Source: Alphaproteobacteria bacterium (GTDB lineage Bacteria; Pseudomonadota; Alphaproteobacteria; Bin95). Taken from it: a stretch of DNA of 64,000 bases. The notes below the pieces were generated by a model. The model had not been told where the DNA came from. It ran no database searches and was given only the letters and a program-made list of their open reading frames with translations. Of this stretch, positions 38,350 to 47,579 are shown in pieces. Positions within the stretch are counted from its first letter, which is position 1. Every line of letters begins with the position of its first letter. The stretch covers positions 512,001 to 576,000 of the forward strand of contig OZ224045.1 of NCBI GenBank assembly GCA_963665325.3. Direction: 5' to 3'. The translations under genes were made by a program, and so were the position numbers.

Positions 38350-38512
38350 GGGGTCGAACGGAAGCGCCCCGCCCCCGGATCGGTGTCAGGGGCAGGCCCT
38401 GGATCGAGGGAGCCGGCCCCGGACGCCGATCCGGGGAGACATGCCCCGGCGAGCGGGACGGGGCGCGCTGGCAAAGTGGAGACGGGATCGGCGGGCGCCG
38501 GACCCGTCCGGG

Positions 38513-38731
38513 TCAGTGGGCCGGGACCTCCGGCGCCGGGCCGGGCGGGCCGAGCTCGACCGCGACCCTGCCGTCGCGGACGGTGACCGTGACGGTGCGG
38601 CCGGTGGGCATCAGCCAGAGCAGGTCGGTCCAGACGGCGTCGGCGATGGCGCGTTTCTGCGCCTCGTCGGTGGGCGGATCCGGCGCGGCCGGCGCGGCGG
38701 GATCGGGGACATGGGCGGCGGATTGCTGCAT
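38513..38731 (-). CDS. Small protein resembling the C-terminus of the upstream GHKL ATPase
   Basis: CAGGAGG RBS; AIADAVWTDLLWLMPTGRTVTVTV versus SIAEAVRRELIWLAPRGRTVDIRI. Confidence 0.6.
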   Translation of the reverse strand: MQQSAAHVPDPAAPAAPDPPTDEAQKRAIADAVWTDLLWLMPTGRTVTVTVRDGRVAVELGPPGPAPEVPAH

Positions 38732-38879
38732 GGGCTGGGCCTCCTGTTGCTGAACGCCGGACGTGCGGAACCGGGACGCTCCCGCGCCCCTGCCCGCCTC
38801 GTCCGGACGCATGCCGGCCCCCGCTCCGGGCGGAGCGGGGGCCGGCATCGGTGTGGAAGGATTGGCGGTGGCGACCGGA

Positions 38880-39359
38880 TCAGGCGTCGAGGATGCGGAC
38901 CCGGGCGCTGCCGCCGGCGACGTCGACACGGGGCTTGCCGTCGGGTGCGACGGAGACCGTCACCAGGGGCTTGTTTCCGGGCGGATGCGGCGGGTCGCGC
39001 ATTTCCACCGCGATCGTGCCGGCCTCGGTCGCGATGCGGACCAGGACCCTGCTGCCGGAGACTTCGACGGCGCCTGGCGGAACGGGACCGGTCAGGGTGA
39101 CGACCGGCGGGTCCCCGCGCTCCGTGAAGCGGTCCGGCACCGGCAGCGCGGCCTCCCCCCACGGGTCCGCGTCGGCGCCCTCGCAGACTGCATCGACGTA
39201 TGAGTCGCTGACATGGCCGGTTGACTTCCAGCCGGCCGGGTCGTCGTTGGCGGCCTCGATGGCCTTCTCCAGCGCTTCTTCCAGGGTGTCCGCCTCGACG
39301 GCAACGGTGTTCGCGACATGGCTCATGTACGCACACTGGACGGTCCAGGGCCTGGTCAT
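38880..39359 (-). CDS. Hypothetical protein (159 aa)
   Basis: ATG overlaps the ATPase stop; contains VEADTLEEALEKAIE. Confidence 0.7.
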   Translation of the reverse strand: MTRPWTVQCAYMSHVANTVAVEADTLEEALEKAIEAANDDPAGWKSTGHVSDSYVDAVCEGADADPWGEAALPVPDRFTERGDPPVVTLTGPVPPGAVEVSGSRVLVRIATEAGTIAVEMRDPPHPPGNKPLVTVSVAPDGKPRVDVAGGSARVRILDA

Positions 39360-41113
39360 GACGCGGCCTCCGCCGCCTCGGCCAGAGTCACCGTGACGTC
39401 GGGCCTGCGGATCCGGATATCGACCGTGCGGCCGCGGGGAGCGAGCCAGATCAACTCGCGCCGGACGGCTTCGGCGATCGAGGTCTTGCAGGCCTCCTCG
39501 TCCGACAGAATCAGGCGGGTCGACAGGTGGAGCGCCTCCTCCTCGAAGCGGTTGCGCTGGGTCTCGTAGCTGTCGGCGTCGGCATCGTCGCTGGGCGAAA
39601 AGAACCCGGCCAGAAGCAGATCCGCGAGCTGGTGCGGTTGCAGCGCGCTCTCGGCGGTGACCAGCGGGATAGCGTCGCCGAGCCAGCCCCATGGCTCGCC
39701 CGCGAAGACGAGATCGGCCGGCAGCTCGAACCTGCGGACCGGACCGCGCAGCGGCCGGACGGCGAGGTCCATCCGGATCGTCTCGGGCCGGGGCGGCAAG
39801 GCGACGGCGGCGTGTCCCGTCCTCTCCGGCAGCGGGAACTGCTCGAGCGGATATCCCTTGCCGCCGATGGCGACGTGGGCGGCAATGCTGGCGACCCTGT
39901 CGAGACCGTCATACCAGTCGTAGCCCGCAAGCCGGCGGTCGGTTTCGAAGAGGCTGGTCGCCATGCCGGCCCGCTCTGCGGCGCGAAAGAATGCCTGGGC
40001 CTCGGGCGGCTCCGGGTCGGCGTCCATGACCAGGGCGCCATGGCCGGGCACGGCGAGCTTCGACGGTTCGCGCCAGTCGTCGACATGCGCGGTGGCGGGA
40101 CGCCAGGGACGCAGCACGGCCGGCGGCGGCGCGATGTCGATGCCGGTCTCCCGTGCCCGTTTCCAGTCCTCGAAGGCGGGACGCGGATCAGGGCTCGCGG
40201 CCATGGCGCGGTAGATGGCGAAGCGGGCGGCGTTTCGCATCGCCTTCAGGAATTCGTTCTCGACGGCCTCCTTCCGGGCCGGCAGCACCAGCTCGAGATC
40301 GGGGCAGTCGCCGATGTCGGCGCGGACCGACCAGGTGCCGCCATGGACGGTCTCGACCGTGGGAAGGCGTACCGGCAGGGTCAGGCCGTGGAAATTGAGG
40401 TCGGGATCGTTGTAGCCGCGATGGCGGTCGCGGAAGACGCCGAAGGCGAGGCCGCGCCAGGGCTCGGCATGGACCGCGCCGTCGAGAAAGGCCCGGCGGT
40501 CGAGCTGCTCTCCGCCCGGTTGGGCAGACGGACTCTCCTCGAAGAACACCGGCAGAGGGTAATGCCGGGCGGCATTCTCGGCCGCATTGCGGATGGCCGC
40601 GACGGCTTCGGTCGCCTCGAACGAAATCGCCGTCCCACAGGGATACGGCGCCCGATCGTCGGCATGCACCTCGGCCTCGGCTTCGCCCAGGAAATGCGCC
40701 GGTTCCAGCTTGACGCGCCAGCCGGGCACCATCGCCCGGTCCGGCGAACGCGGCCTGGACGAGACGGTGCAGTTGCGGCGCGCCAGGCTGGCGAAACCGA
40801 ATCCGGCGGCATCCTCGCGCCGGACCAGCTCGTCGTCCCAGCCGTTCTCGCCGAAGCTGAGCAGGACGGCGGGATCGGCGATCCCCGCGCCGTCGTCGGA
40901 AATGGTGACGGTGAGCGGCGTATCGCCCGTCGTAGCGGCGGTATCGTTGGGCTGGGCGGCGGTTGCGGCAACCGCAATGCGGACGCGTGTGGCGCCGGCA
41001 CGGCGTGAGTTTTGCAGAATTTCTGCGAGTATCTCCGCCGCGGTGGCGGCGTAGATTCTGGTCACCCGCTTCACGGCGCTGTCGTGAATGCGGGCGCGGA
41101 TCCTGCGGTTCAT
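39356..41113 (-). CDS. GHKL (HATPase) ATP-binding protein
   Basis: EILQNSRRAGA, ISDDGAGI, AGFGFASL, GT Bergerat-fold motifs; GGAGG RBS. Confidence 0.85.
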   Translation of the reverse strand: MNRRIRARIHDSAVKRVTRIYAATAAEILAEILQNSRRAGATRVRIAVAATAAQPNDTAATTGDTPLTVTISDDGAGIADPAVLLSFGENGWDDELVRREDAAGFGFASLARRNCTVSSRPRSPDRAMVPGWRVKLEPAHFLGEAEAEVHADDRAPYPCGTAISFEATEAVAAIRNAAENAARHYPLPVFFEESPSAQPGGEQLDRRAFLDGAVHAEPWRGLAFGVFRDRHRGYNDPDLNFHGLTLPVRLPTVETVHGGTWSVRADIGDCPDLELVLPARKEAVENEFLKAMRNAARFAIYRAMAASPDPRPAFEDWKRARETGIDIAPPPAVLRPWRPATAHVDDWREPSKLAVPGHGALVMDADPEPPEAQAFFRAAERAGMATSLFETDRRLAGYDWYDGLDRVASIAAHVAIGGKGYPLEQFPLPERTGHAAVALPPRPETIRMDLAVRPLRGPVRRFELPADLVFAGEPWGWLGDAIPLVTAESALQPHQLADLLLAGFFSPSDDADADSYETQRNRFEEEALHLSTRLILSDEEACKTSIAEAVRRELIWLAPRGRTVDIRIRRPDVTVTLAEAAEAAS

Positions 41114-41201
41114 GGGCGGACCTCCATGACGGATGCGGAAACGGAACCGCCCCGCCGCCGGCGGTGCGCTGGCGGGGCGTTTCGGTGGTGGCTGCGGGCG
41201 C

Positions 41202-43619
41202 CTACTGGACGCGGCGGAGGAACTCGGGGATCTCCATCGGGTCCGGGTGGGCGTCGCGCCCGTTGACCGGCCCGGGCGCGGCGATGCCGTCCGGCCCGCC
41301 CGTGAAGGCCGGGTCGGGATCGGCCGCCCCGGTATCGCCGCGATCGGCGTCCGGGCCGGCGTCGACCGTTTCGGCGGCGCCGTTGCCGGCATCCGCCGTC
41401 ACGCCGTCCGACGGTTCCGGTTCGGGAGCGGCCTCCATCGCATGGCCGTTGCCGACGGGCGGCGCCTCCGCCGATTCGGTCCCGGAGTCGGCGGCGGGTT
41501 CCGCGGACTCCGGCTCGCCGGCCGGCGCGGTCCCGGTGGCGGCGGTCTCCGCCTCCCCGGCGTCGCTGACCGTGCGGCCCGTGTCGAACGCCGCGAATCC
41601 CGGCGGCACCCAGGCGAGCGCCGCGGCGTGCATCGCGGCGCTCACGCCGACCGGGGGGTCGCCGGCGGCGAAGGCGGCCTCCATCGCTTCGGCGAGCGCG
41701 GGCTTCTTGTATTTGGAGCGCGCCGACGCCCAGTTCAGGCCGAACATCGTGCGGGCGATGTCGAGGACGCGCGCCTTGGCGATCCGCGACCACAGCATGT
41801 CGGCGGTCGGGCGGACATGGGCCGCGAAGTCGATGTCGAGCCGGGCGATGGTGGCTTCGAGCTCGGGCCGCGCCTGGGGCTCGAAGGCGAGCTGGCCCTT
41901 CACCGTGCGCGCGACGCAGGCCGCGAACAGCGCCTCCTTCTCGGCCCGGGGCAATGCACGCAGCGCCGCGAAGGATTCGCCGTCGTCCTCGATCTCCAGC
42001 CAGTCCATCGACAGGTGCGAGCGGTCCTCCAGCATCGCCTCGCCCGGCGACCAGTCCGCGAAATCGGCGTCATTCATGCGGGTGTTGGGGCGGTCCGGGG
42101 TTTCCTTGACCGCGATGTCGAGGGCGTGGTCGTGGTAGCCCGGCGCGAACACCGCGCGGCCCATCTGGAACAGCGCGAGGTCGAAGGCGGCCTCGAAGTC
42201 GCCGGCGAGCTTCGCCTTGACCAGCGCCGTGCGGATCGAGCGCAGGTCGTCGGCGAGCCCGATGCCGACGCCCGCCTCCTTGCGTGCCTCGGCCTCGCGG
42301 TCGGGCGGCGGCGCCATCGGCGTGGAAACGGAGGGCCCGGGGACATTGACGCGGTGGGTGACGGCCTCGGGATCGTGGTCGTTGCCGGCGACCGCACCGG
42401 TATCCTCCGACTCGGTCTGCTTCGGCATGTCCTCCGGCTTCACCAGCCCCTGGATGACCTGCATCGCGCCGTCCTGGCCGACGGTGACGATGCAGCCCGC
42501 CATGGCGAAGTCCTCGCGGCGGAATACCGCGCGGGCCTCGACGGCGCCCTCGATCTCGTCGAGACGGGTCTCGATGCGTTCGCCCTCGGCGACCAGCTCT
42601 TCCGTCCAGTCCTCGTCGTCGAGATTGACCAACTCGTCGTGGCGGGTTTGCAGCTTGTCGATCTCCGCACGCTCCTCGTCGGTCGGCGTGCCGGGCTGCG
42701 GCTCGATGCGGCCGTAGCGGGCGGTGTCGCTCCACTCCACCTCGATCATCGCCGTCGCCCACTTCCAGCGGGTCGCCAGTTCGTCGGCGGCCGCCTGGAG
42801 CTTGCCCGTCGCCAGCTTCGCCAGCAGCACCGGGTCCTCGAACCAGACGCCGCTCTCGTCGTCGTGGGCGAACAGGTCGCGCAGCACGGCGCCGCCGGCG
42901 GCCTCATAGGCCTCGACCCCGACGAAACGGGCGACCGCCGTGGCGCCGGGCACGCGCTCCTCGGTGAGCAGGCGCTTCACCTGCCAGGCCGACGGCCGGT
43001 AGCCCTGTCCCGAGACCTGTTCCCAGACCGCCATCTGGCGCTCCCGGTCGGTGGTGACGGCGAAGGCCTTCAGCACTTCGAGGTCGATCTCGTCGGCCCG
43101 GTAGGCGTCGAGCAGTTCGGGCGCGGCGTTGCCGAGGCGCAGGCGCTGCTCGACGATGCGCTCGGAGGCGCCGAAACGCGCCGCGATGGCGGAAACCGAC
43201 TGGCCGGCGTCCGCCAGCCTGGTGAACGCGACCACCTGGTCGGCGGGGTGCATCGGCACGCGGATGACGTTCTCGGCGAGCGAGACCTCGCCGGGCTCGA
43301 CATCCCCGGACCGGACCTGGCAGTGCACCGGATGGTCGGCGTCGAGCACCTTGTCCTCGACCAGCGCCTGCATGGCCCTCAGGCGGCGTCCGCCGGCGAC
43401 CACGGCGTAGCGTTCGACGCCATCCTCGTCGGGGGCGTCAGTCCGGACCACCAGGTTCTCCAGCAGCCCGAGGGCGGCGATCGAAGCCTTGAGCTCGGCA
43501 TCGGCCCGGGGGTCGGGCGGGGTCTTGCGGACGTTCTCGGGGGCGAGCGTCAGCCGGGAGAGCGGAATCTCCCGGATATGCGGCGCGGCGGTATCGGCCC
43601 TGGGGGCGATGAAGTTCAT
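41202..43619 (-). CDS. parB: ParB/Spo0J-family protein (leading-region type)
   Basis: NVRKT, LKASI...GLLENL, VVAGGRRLRA, SLAEN..R..MHPADQ, HTH. Confidence 0.9.
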   Translation of the reverse strand: MNFIAPRADTAAPHIREIPLSRLTLAPENVRKTPPDPRADAELKASIAALGLLENLVVRTDAPDEDGVERYAVVAGGRRLRAMQALVEDKVLDADHPVHCQVRSGDVEPGEVSLAENVIRVPMHPADQVVAFTRLADAGQSVSAIAARFGASERIVEQRLRLGNAAPELLDAYRADEIDLEVLKAFAVTTDRERQMAVWEQVSGQGYRPSAWQVKRLLTEERVPGATAVARFVGVEAYEAAGGAVLRDLFAHDDESGVWFEDPVLLAKLATGKLQAAADELATRWKWATAMIEVEWSDTARYGRIEPQPGTPTDEERAEIDKLQTRHDELVNLDDEDWTEELVAEGERIETRLDEIEGAVEARAVFRREDFAMAGCIVTVGQDGAMQVIQGLVKPEDMPKQTESEDTGAVAGNDHDPEAVTHRVNVPGPSVSTPMAPPPDREAEARKEAGVGIGLADDLRSIRTALVKAKLAGDFEAAFDLALFQMGRAVFAPGYHDHALDIAVKETPDRPNTRMNDADFADWSPGEAMLEDRSHLSMDWLEIEDDGESFAALRALPRAEKEALFAACVARTVKGQLAFEPQARPELEATIARLDIDFAAHVRPTADMLWSRIAKARVLDIARTMFGLNWASARSKYKKPALAEAMEAAFAAGDPPVGVSAAMHAAALAWVPPGFAAFDTGRTVSDAGEAETAATGTAPAGEPESAEPAADSGTESAEAPPVGNGHAMEAAPEPEPSDGVTADAGNGAAETVDAGPDADRGDTGAADPDPAFTGGPDGIAAPGPVNGRDAHPDPMEIPEFLRRVQ

Positions 43620-43803
43620 GCGAACCTCCCTCGATGGTATGCGGAAAAGACGGAAGCGGGGTCGGAAACGGCTCCCGCCGGCTCCGTCCGCGCCGCCCGG
43701 ACCCCGGCCCGGCTCCGCCTCCTGGAGGCGTTACGGGCAGAGGCGGGGTGTGGCGGCGGTACGAGGCGGAATGACGGTGCGGGCAGTGCCCGGACGAACG
43801 CGA

Positions 43804-44068
43804 TCAGGGCTGAAGCGACAGCAGGCTCACCGGGCGGGGTTGGCGGACGAGCCGGTAGCCGCCCGTGGAGGGCTCGACCGCGATGGTCTGCTGCGCCTCG
43901 GGATCGTGCGGCTGGAGGGCAGCGAGAGCGGCCGGCTGGTCGGCATGGACCGGGATCGCCGCGTCGAGCCGGTCCGCGACCGCGCGCCACCAGGCGACGA
44001 TTTCGCTCACCATGACCGGCGCGAACGGCGGCTTGCCGAACGCAACCGCGCCGTTGCTGGCGAACATG
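43804..44068 (-). CDS. Hypothetical protein or gene remnant
   Basis: High-GC3 open frame without a clear RBS. Confidence 0.3.
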
Positions 44069-44185
44069 CGCTCGCCGTGGCGGTTTTCGTTCGCTATGTG
44101 GAGAGCGGCGGCGTTGCCCACATGCGCTTCAAAGAGCGGACGCCGATTGCCCTGTGCCGGATGTCGAACCGTGTGCAGCGAGCCG

Positions 44186-44692
44186 CTACGCGGCGCAATC
44201 CCATAGCCTGTGCGCTGCAAGAACGGCGAGGAGGACGAAGTGCAGGGCGAGGAATGCCAACGGAATCCATCGCTCGATGTCGGTCACTGAACGATAGGAG
44301 CTGCCTCGTCCCTCTTCCGCCAACCGCCACTCATGCATGTAGAGCGACGCCGGCAGATGCTGTTCGAGTTCGTGAACGATCTCGAACTTCACCACGTTCA
44401 AGTCCCTGTGCGACTTGATGATCCGGTGCCACAGCACCGAAACGAGGGCCCCCAGAACAGGGACGAGCATCGCCCACGAGCCCGGACCGAGATTCGACGA
44501 TTGATATCCGTAGAGGGCGACGAGCGCGACGTTCAGCGTCAGGAGATAGCGGCTCGACGCGACCCGTCGCGCACTTACGTTCTCCGCTGACTGGACGTAG
44601 AGCTTGTACTGTTCGAGTACGGCCTGGTCGAAGGAGCCATCGTAGGTCTCCTTCGTGTAGCGGAACAGTGCCCCCTCCGGCCGGTCGGTCAT
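44186..44692 (-). CDS. Small multi-TM membrane protein, putative pore-type effector
   Basis: EQYKLYV..AE.VS.RR, W..II.S...LN..KF..V.ELE..LP, 2-3 TM helices; 9 bp after the TIR gene. Confidence 0.75.
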   Translation of the reverse strand: MTDRPEGALFRYTKETYDGSFDQAVLEQYKLYVQSAENVSARRVASSRYLLTLNVALVALYGYQSSNLGPGSWAMLVPVLGALVSVLWHRIIKSHRDLNVVKFEIVHELEQHLPASLYMHEWRLAEEGRGSSYRSVTDIERWIPLAFLALHFVLLAVLAAHRLWDCAA

Positions 44693-44701
44693 GCTGCGCT
44701 G

Positions 44702-45091
44702 TTACCTCTGACCGGCGATCAGCTTCTTTAGATTGTCCCAGCTCCACGTGTAGATCTTGTCGGATCTCCGCGTCATGGTCGGCTTGTGGCAGGTCTTGTT
44801 GGGGCGTCCCCGTAGCAGAAAGTAGGGCTTTCCCTCTTCCTGAGTGATGGTCAGTTCGGCCGCGACGCCCTTTGCCGTGTGGGTGTGCTCGCCGCAGATG
44901 ACGATGGTGAGGTCGGTTTTGCGGATACGGGTTCGGACCTGATCCTTCCAATTGCTCTCGAATCGCTCCCGAACGGACCGGTCGGCGATCTGGAACGGCG
45001 AATCGGGGTGCTTCGCCTGGCCGACCAGAGCGTCGCGCAGTTCTTCGTCATGGTCGAAATCGAAGCTGATGAACGCTCGCTTTATGGCCAC
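44702..45091 (-). CDS. ThsB/MTH538-like TIR-domain protein
   Basis: RAFISFDFDHD, D.S, IVICGEHT....GV..E (catalytic Glu), W.WDNL; GTG start with CAGGAG RBS. Confidence 0.88.
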   Translation of the reverse strand: MAIKRAFISFDFDHDEELRDALVGQAKHPDSPFQIADRSVRERFESNWKDQVRTRIRKTDLTIVICGEHTHTAKGVAAELTITQEEGKPYFLLRGRPNKTCHKPTMTRRSDKIYTWSWDNLKKLIAGQR

Positions 45092-45291
45092 GTTTCGGTC
45101 TCCTGTTCGTCGAGTGTGCCTCCAATCCGTGCAAGGCCCTCGTTCGCCGGGCTGGTGTTGCCCGGAATTTGACAGTGGACCGATATGAAAGGTGGCAGCC
45201 TCCCTGTCAACGTGCCTGCCCGCGCCCGACCGCAGGCTTTGTCTCGGCCCTACCCAGTGTAGAATCTCAGGGTCCGCGAATTCTGTAGCGA

Positions 45292-46659
45292 TTAAGTTGC
45301 CATGTCCATGCGCTCGCCCCAAGGCTCGCGGTTCCACGCGGACGGAGGCGGTCCCCAGTTGCAGAAGACGACCGGAAATTGAGGCTCGGCGTCGGGATAT
45401 CGGGAGCACTCCATGTCCGTGAAATACAGGCACACACCCGGGCGGATGCCCTGCTCGTCGAGCCATTCGAAGCCGGGCCGGAAGTCGGTGCCGCCCCGTC
45501 CGCGGACAGCGATCTCCTCGGGAAGCTCGTCGGGCGCGTACTCCGCCGCGTCCTGCACCGCCGCGTCGACCTGGAGCACGACGACGCGCCCGGGCCGGAT
45601 CTCGGCGGCGACCTCGCGCAGCTCCGCCCAGAACGCGGCCAGCGTCGCGGCCGGCAGCGAGCCCGAGGTGTCGACGATGACCGCGATCGCGTCGATGCCC
45701 TCCGAGCGGATCGAGGGGAGATAAAGGCCGGAGTCGATGAAGCGGCGGTTGGGGACGCTCCAGCTGTAGTCGCTCTTCACGGCGTCGGTCATGTAGCGCC
45801 GGAGCAGCGAGCGCCAGTCCAGCGCGCTCGCATGGGCGCCGCGGACGGTCTCTTCGATCCTGCCCGGCGCCTTGCCCTCGGCCTTCGCGAGACTGAGCGC
45901 CTGGTGCATGGCCTCGTCCCAGGCCTGTTCTTCCCGGGTCATGTCGCCTGAAGAAGGCGCGGAATCTTCGCCTTGGTCCCCGGCGCTGTCCGCTGGCGCG
46001 TCCATGACCTCGCCGGTGCCCGAGGGATCGCAGCTTGCCGGGGCGCCGCCGCTGTTGTTGCCGGCGGCACCGTCATTGTTCGAAGCCTCGGTCGAACCGC
46101 CGGCTTCTCCGCCATCGCCGTCACCGGATTGCTCGCCATCATCGCCTTCACCGGACGGCTCGCTCCTGTCGGACATCGGAGTGCCCGCCGCATCGGCGCC
46201 GGAACCTCCCCCGCCGTCCGGCGGACTGCCGTCGCCGGATTCATCTTCGTCCGGCTCCGGCAGGCGGTCGTAGGCTTCCTCGACGCTGATCCCGTCCCAG
46301 GCCTCGGCGTCGGGCGGCAGGGTGAAGCCGGCGTCCCTCAGCAAGCCGTGGGTGACGAGCTGCGAGGCGCGCTGCCAGCGATCCGGGTCTCGTTCTCCGC
46401 GCCGCGTGTGGTGCTTGAGGGCGCAGGCCAGCACCACGCGCGCGATCGCGGTCTCGATGAGGTGGGCGTCGGTCTCCGCGATCCATTGCGGCGAATAGCG
46501 GATCTCGCGACCGTCGCTCGCCAGCGTCTCGCGGCCCATATCGGCGCGGACCGGCAGGCGGAGCGCCAGGCTGCCGAAGAAGGGCTGCTCCCTCAGCAGC
46601 GCGGTCACGCAGCCGCTGACGCGCTGCGCCGATTCCGAGCGCACGCGGGCGGCCATCAC
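45292..46659 (-). CDS. DUF2201-like metallopeptidase domain + vWA domain protein
   Basis: PFFG.L, H.TRRG.RDP..W, acidic linker, MIDAS DTSGS, GGTDFRP, FTD. Confidence 0.88.
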   Translation of the reverse strand: MMAARVRSESAQRVSGCVTALLREQPFFGSLALRLPVRADMGRETLASDGREIRYSPQWIAETDAHLIETAIARVVLACALKHHTRRGERDPDRWQRASQLVTHGLLRDAGFTLPPDAEAWDGISVEEAYDRLPEPDEDESGDGSPPDGGGGSGADAAGTPMSDRSEPSGEGDDGEQSGDGDGGEAGGSTEASNNDGAAGNNSGGAPASCDPSGTGEVMDAPADSAGDQGEDSAPSSGDMTREEQAWDEAMHQALSLAKAEGKAPGRIEETVRGAHASALDWRSLLRRYMTDAVKSDYSWSVPNRRFIDSGLYLPSIRSEGIDAIAVIVDTSGSLPAATLAAFWAELREVAAEIRPGRVVVLQVDAAVQDAAEYAPDELPEEIAVRGRGGTDFRPGFEWLDEQGIRPGVCLYFTDMECSRYPDAEPQFPVVFCNWGPPPSAWNREPWGERMDMAT

Positions 46660-47555
46660 GCGGCCTCCGCAGAGACCATGGCCGCCGGCACGAAATACCC
46701 CGCGAACCGCTCCGCCAGCGCGTCGGCGTCGCGCTTGACGCGGGCCCGCGCGACCGGATCGAAACTCTTCGACGGCCTGAGCGCGTCCGGCTCGACGCCG
46801 GCGATATTCTCCTTCACCTGCTCGCAGAGCCGCGCGAGCTCGCCGTCGCCGAAGATGTTGAGCCGCGGCACGATGTCGACCAGGTCGCGGATATTGCCGA
46901 TCATCGAATCCCGGAACACCAGCGGCTTGCCCTCACCGTCTTCCTGCAACCGTTCGGAGACCCGCTCGACGGCCTCGCCGAGGCGCCGGTAGAGGTCGCC
47001 CACGGCGTCGTGCAGGCGTTCCTCGATCTGGCTCTCGATGTCGCGCTTGACGCGGTCGGTGTCGTCGGAGGCGAGTTTCGCCATGAAGTGGTCGGCGTCG
47101 GGCACCGGGATAATCCGGTAGCGCAGGCCGAACTTGCCCTGGAGCGCCTCCTTCGAGGGATAGTCCTCGATGCGGAACAGCTTGCCGAGGTCGAGCCGGG
47201 CCTTGTCGATATTGTCGTCGTAGTCCTCGATGAAGCGGGCGCGCTCGCGCACCATGCGTTCGCGCAGCCCGTCCATCAGATCCGTGTAGCCCTCGTAGTT
47301 GGCGACGGTGAGCAACCGGCTCCCCTGGTCGTCCCAGGGCAGGGTCTGGGCGTAGTGGGTGCTGCGGGCCGCGCTCATGGTGGCGGTCAGCGCGGCGAAG
47401 GCGGCCCTGGGCAGCAGGCACTTGTTGTAGCGCCCGGCGCTGACGCTCGCCTCGTGGTGGACGGCGACGTGGGTGCTGGCCTTGCGGTCGTACTGGCGGC
47501 CCGACCAGGCGGCGATGCGCAGGCTGACCAGCATGGCGTCATGGCTGAGATTCAT
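46656..47555 (-). CDS. DUF3150-like protein
   Basis: LVSLRI..WSG...D, TLPW...G.RLL, DYPS...L..KF. Confidence 0.7.
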   Translation of the reverse strand: MNLSHDAMLVSLRIAAWSGRQYDRKASTHVAVHHEASVSAGRYNKCLLPRAAFAALTATMSAARSTHYAQTLPWDDQGSRLLTVANYEGYTDLMDGLRERMVRERARFIEDYDDNIDKARLDLGKLFRIEDYPSKEALQGKFGLRYRIIPVPDADHFMAKLASDDTDRVKRDIESQIEERLHDAVGDLYRRLGEAVERVSERLQEDGEGKPLVFRDSMIGNIRDLVDIVPRLNIFGDGELARLCEQVKENIAGVEPDALRPSKSFDPVARARVKRDADALAERFAGYFVPAAMVSAEAA

Positions 47556-47579
47556 GGGGCAATTCTCCCGACAGGGTTG

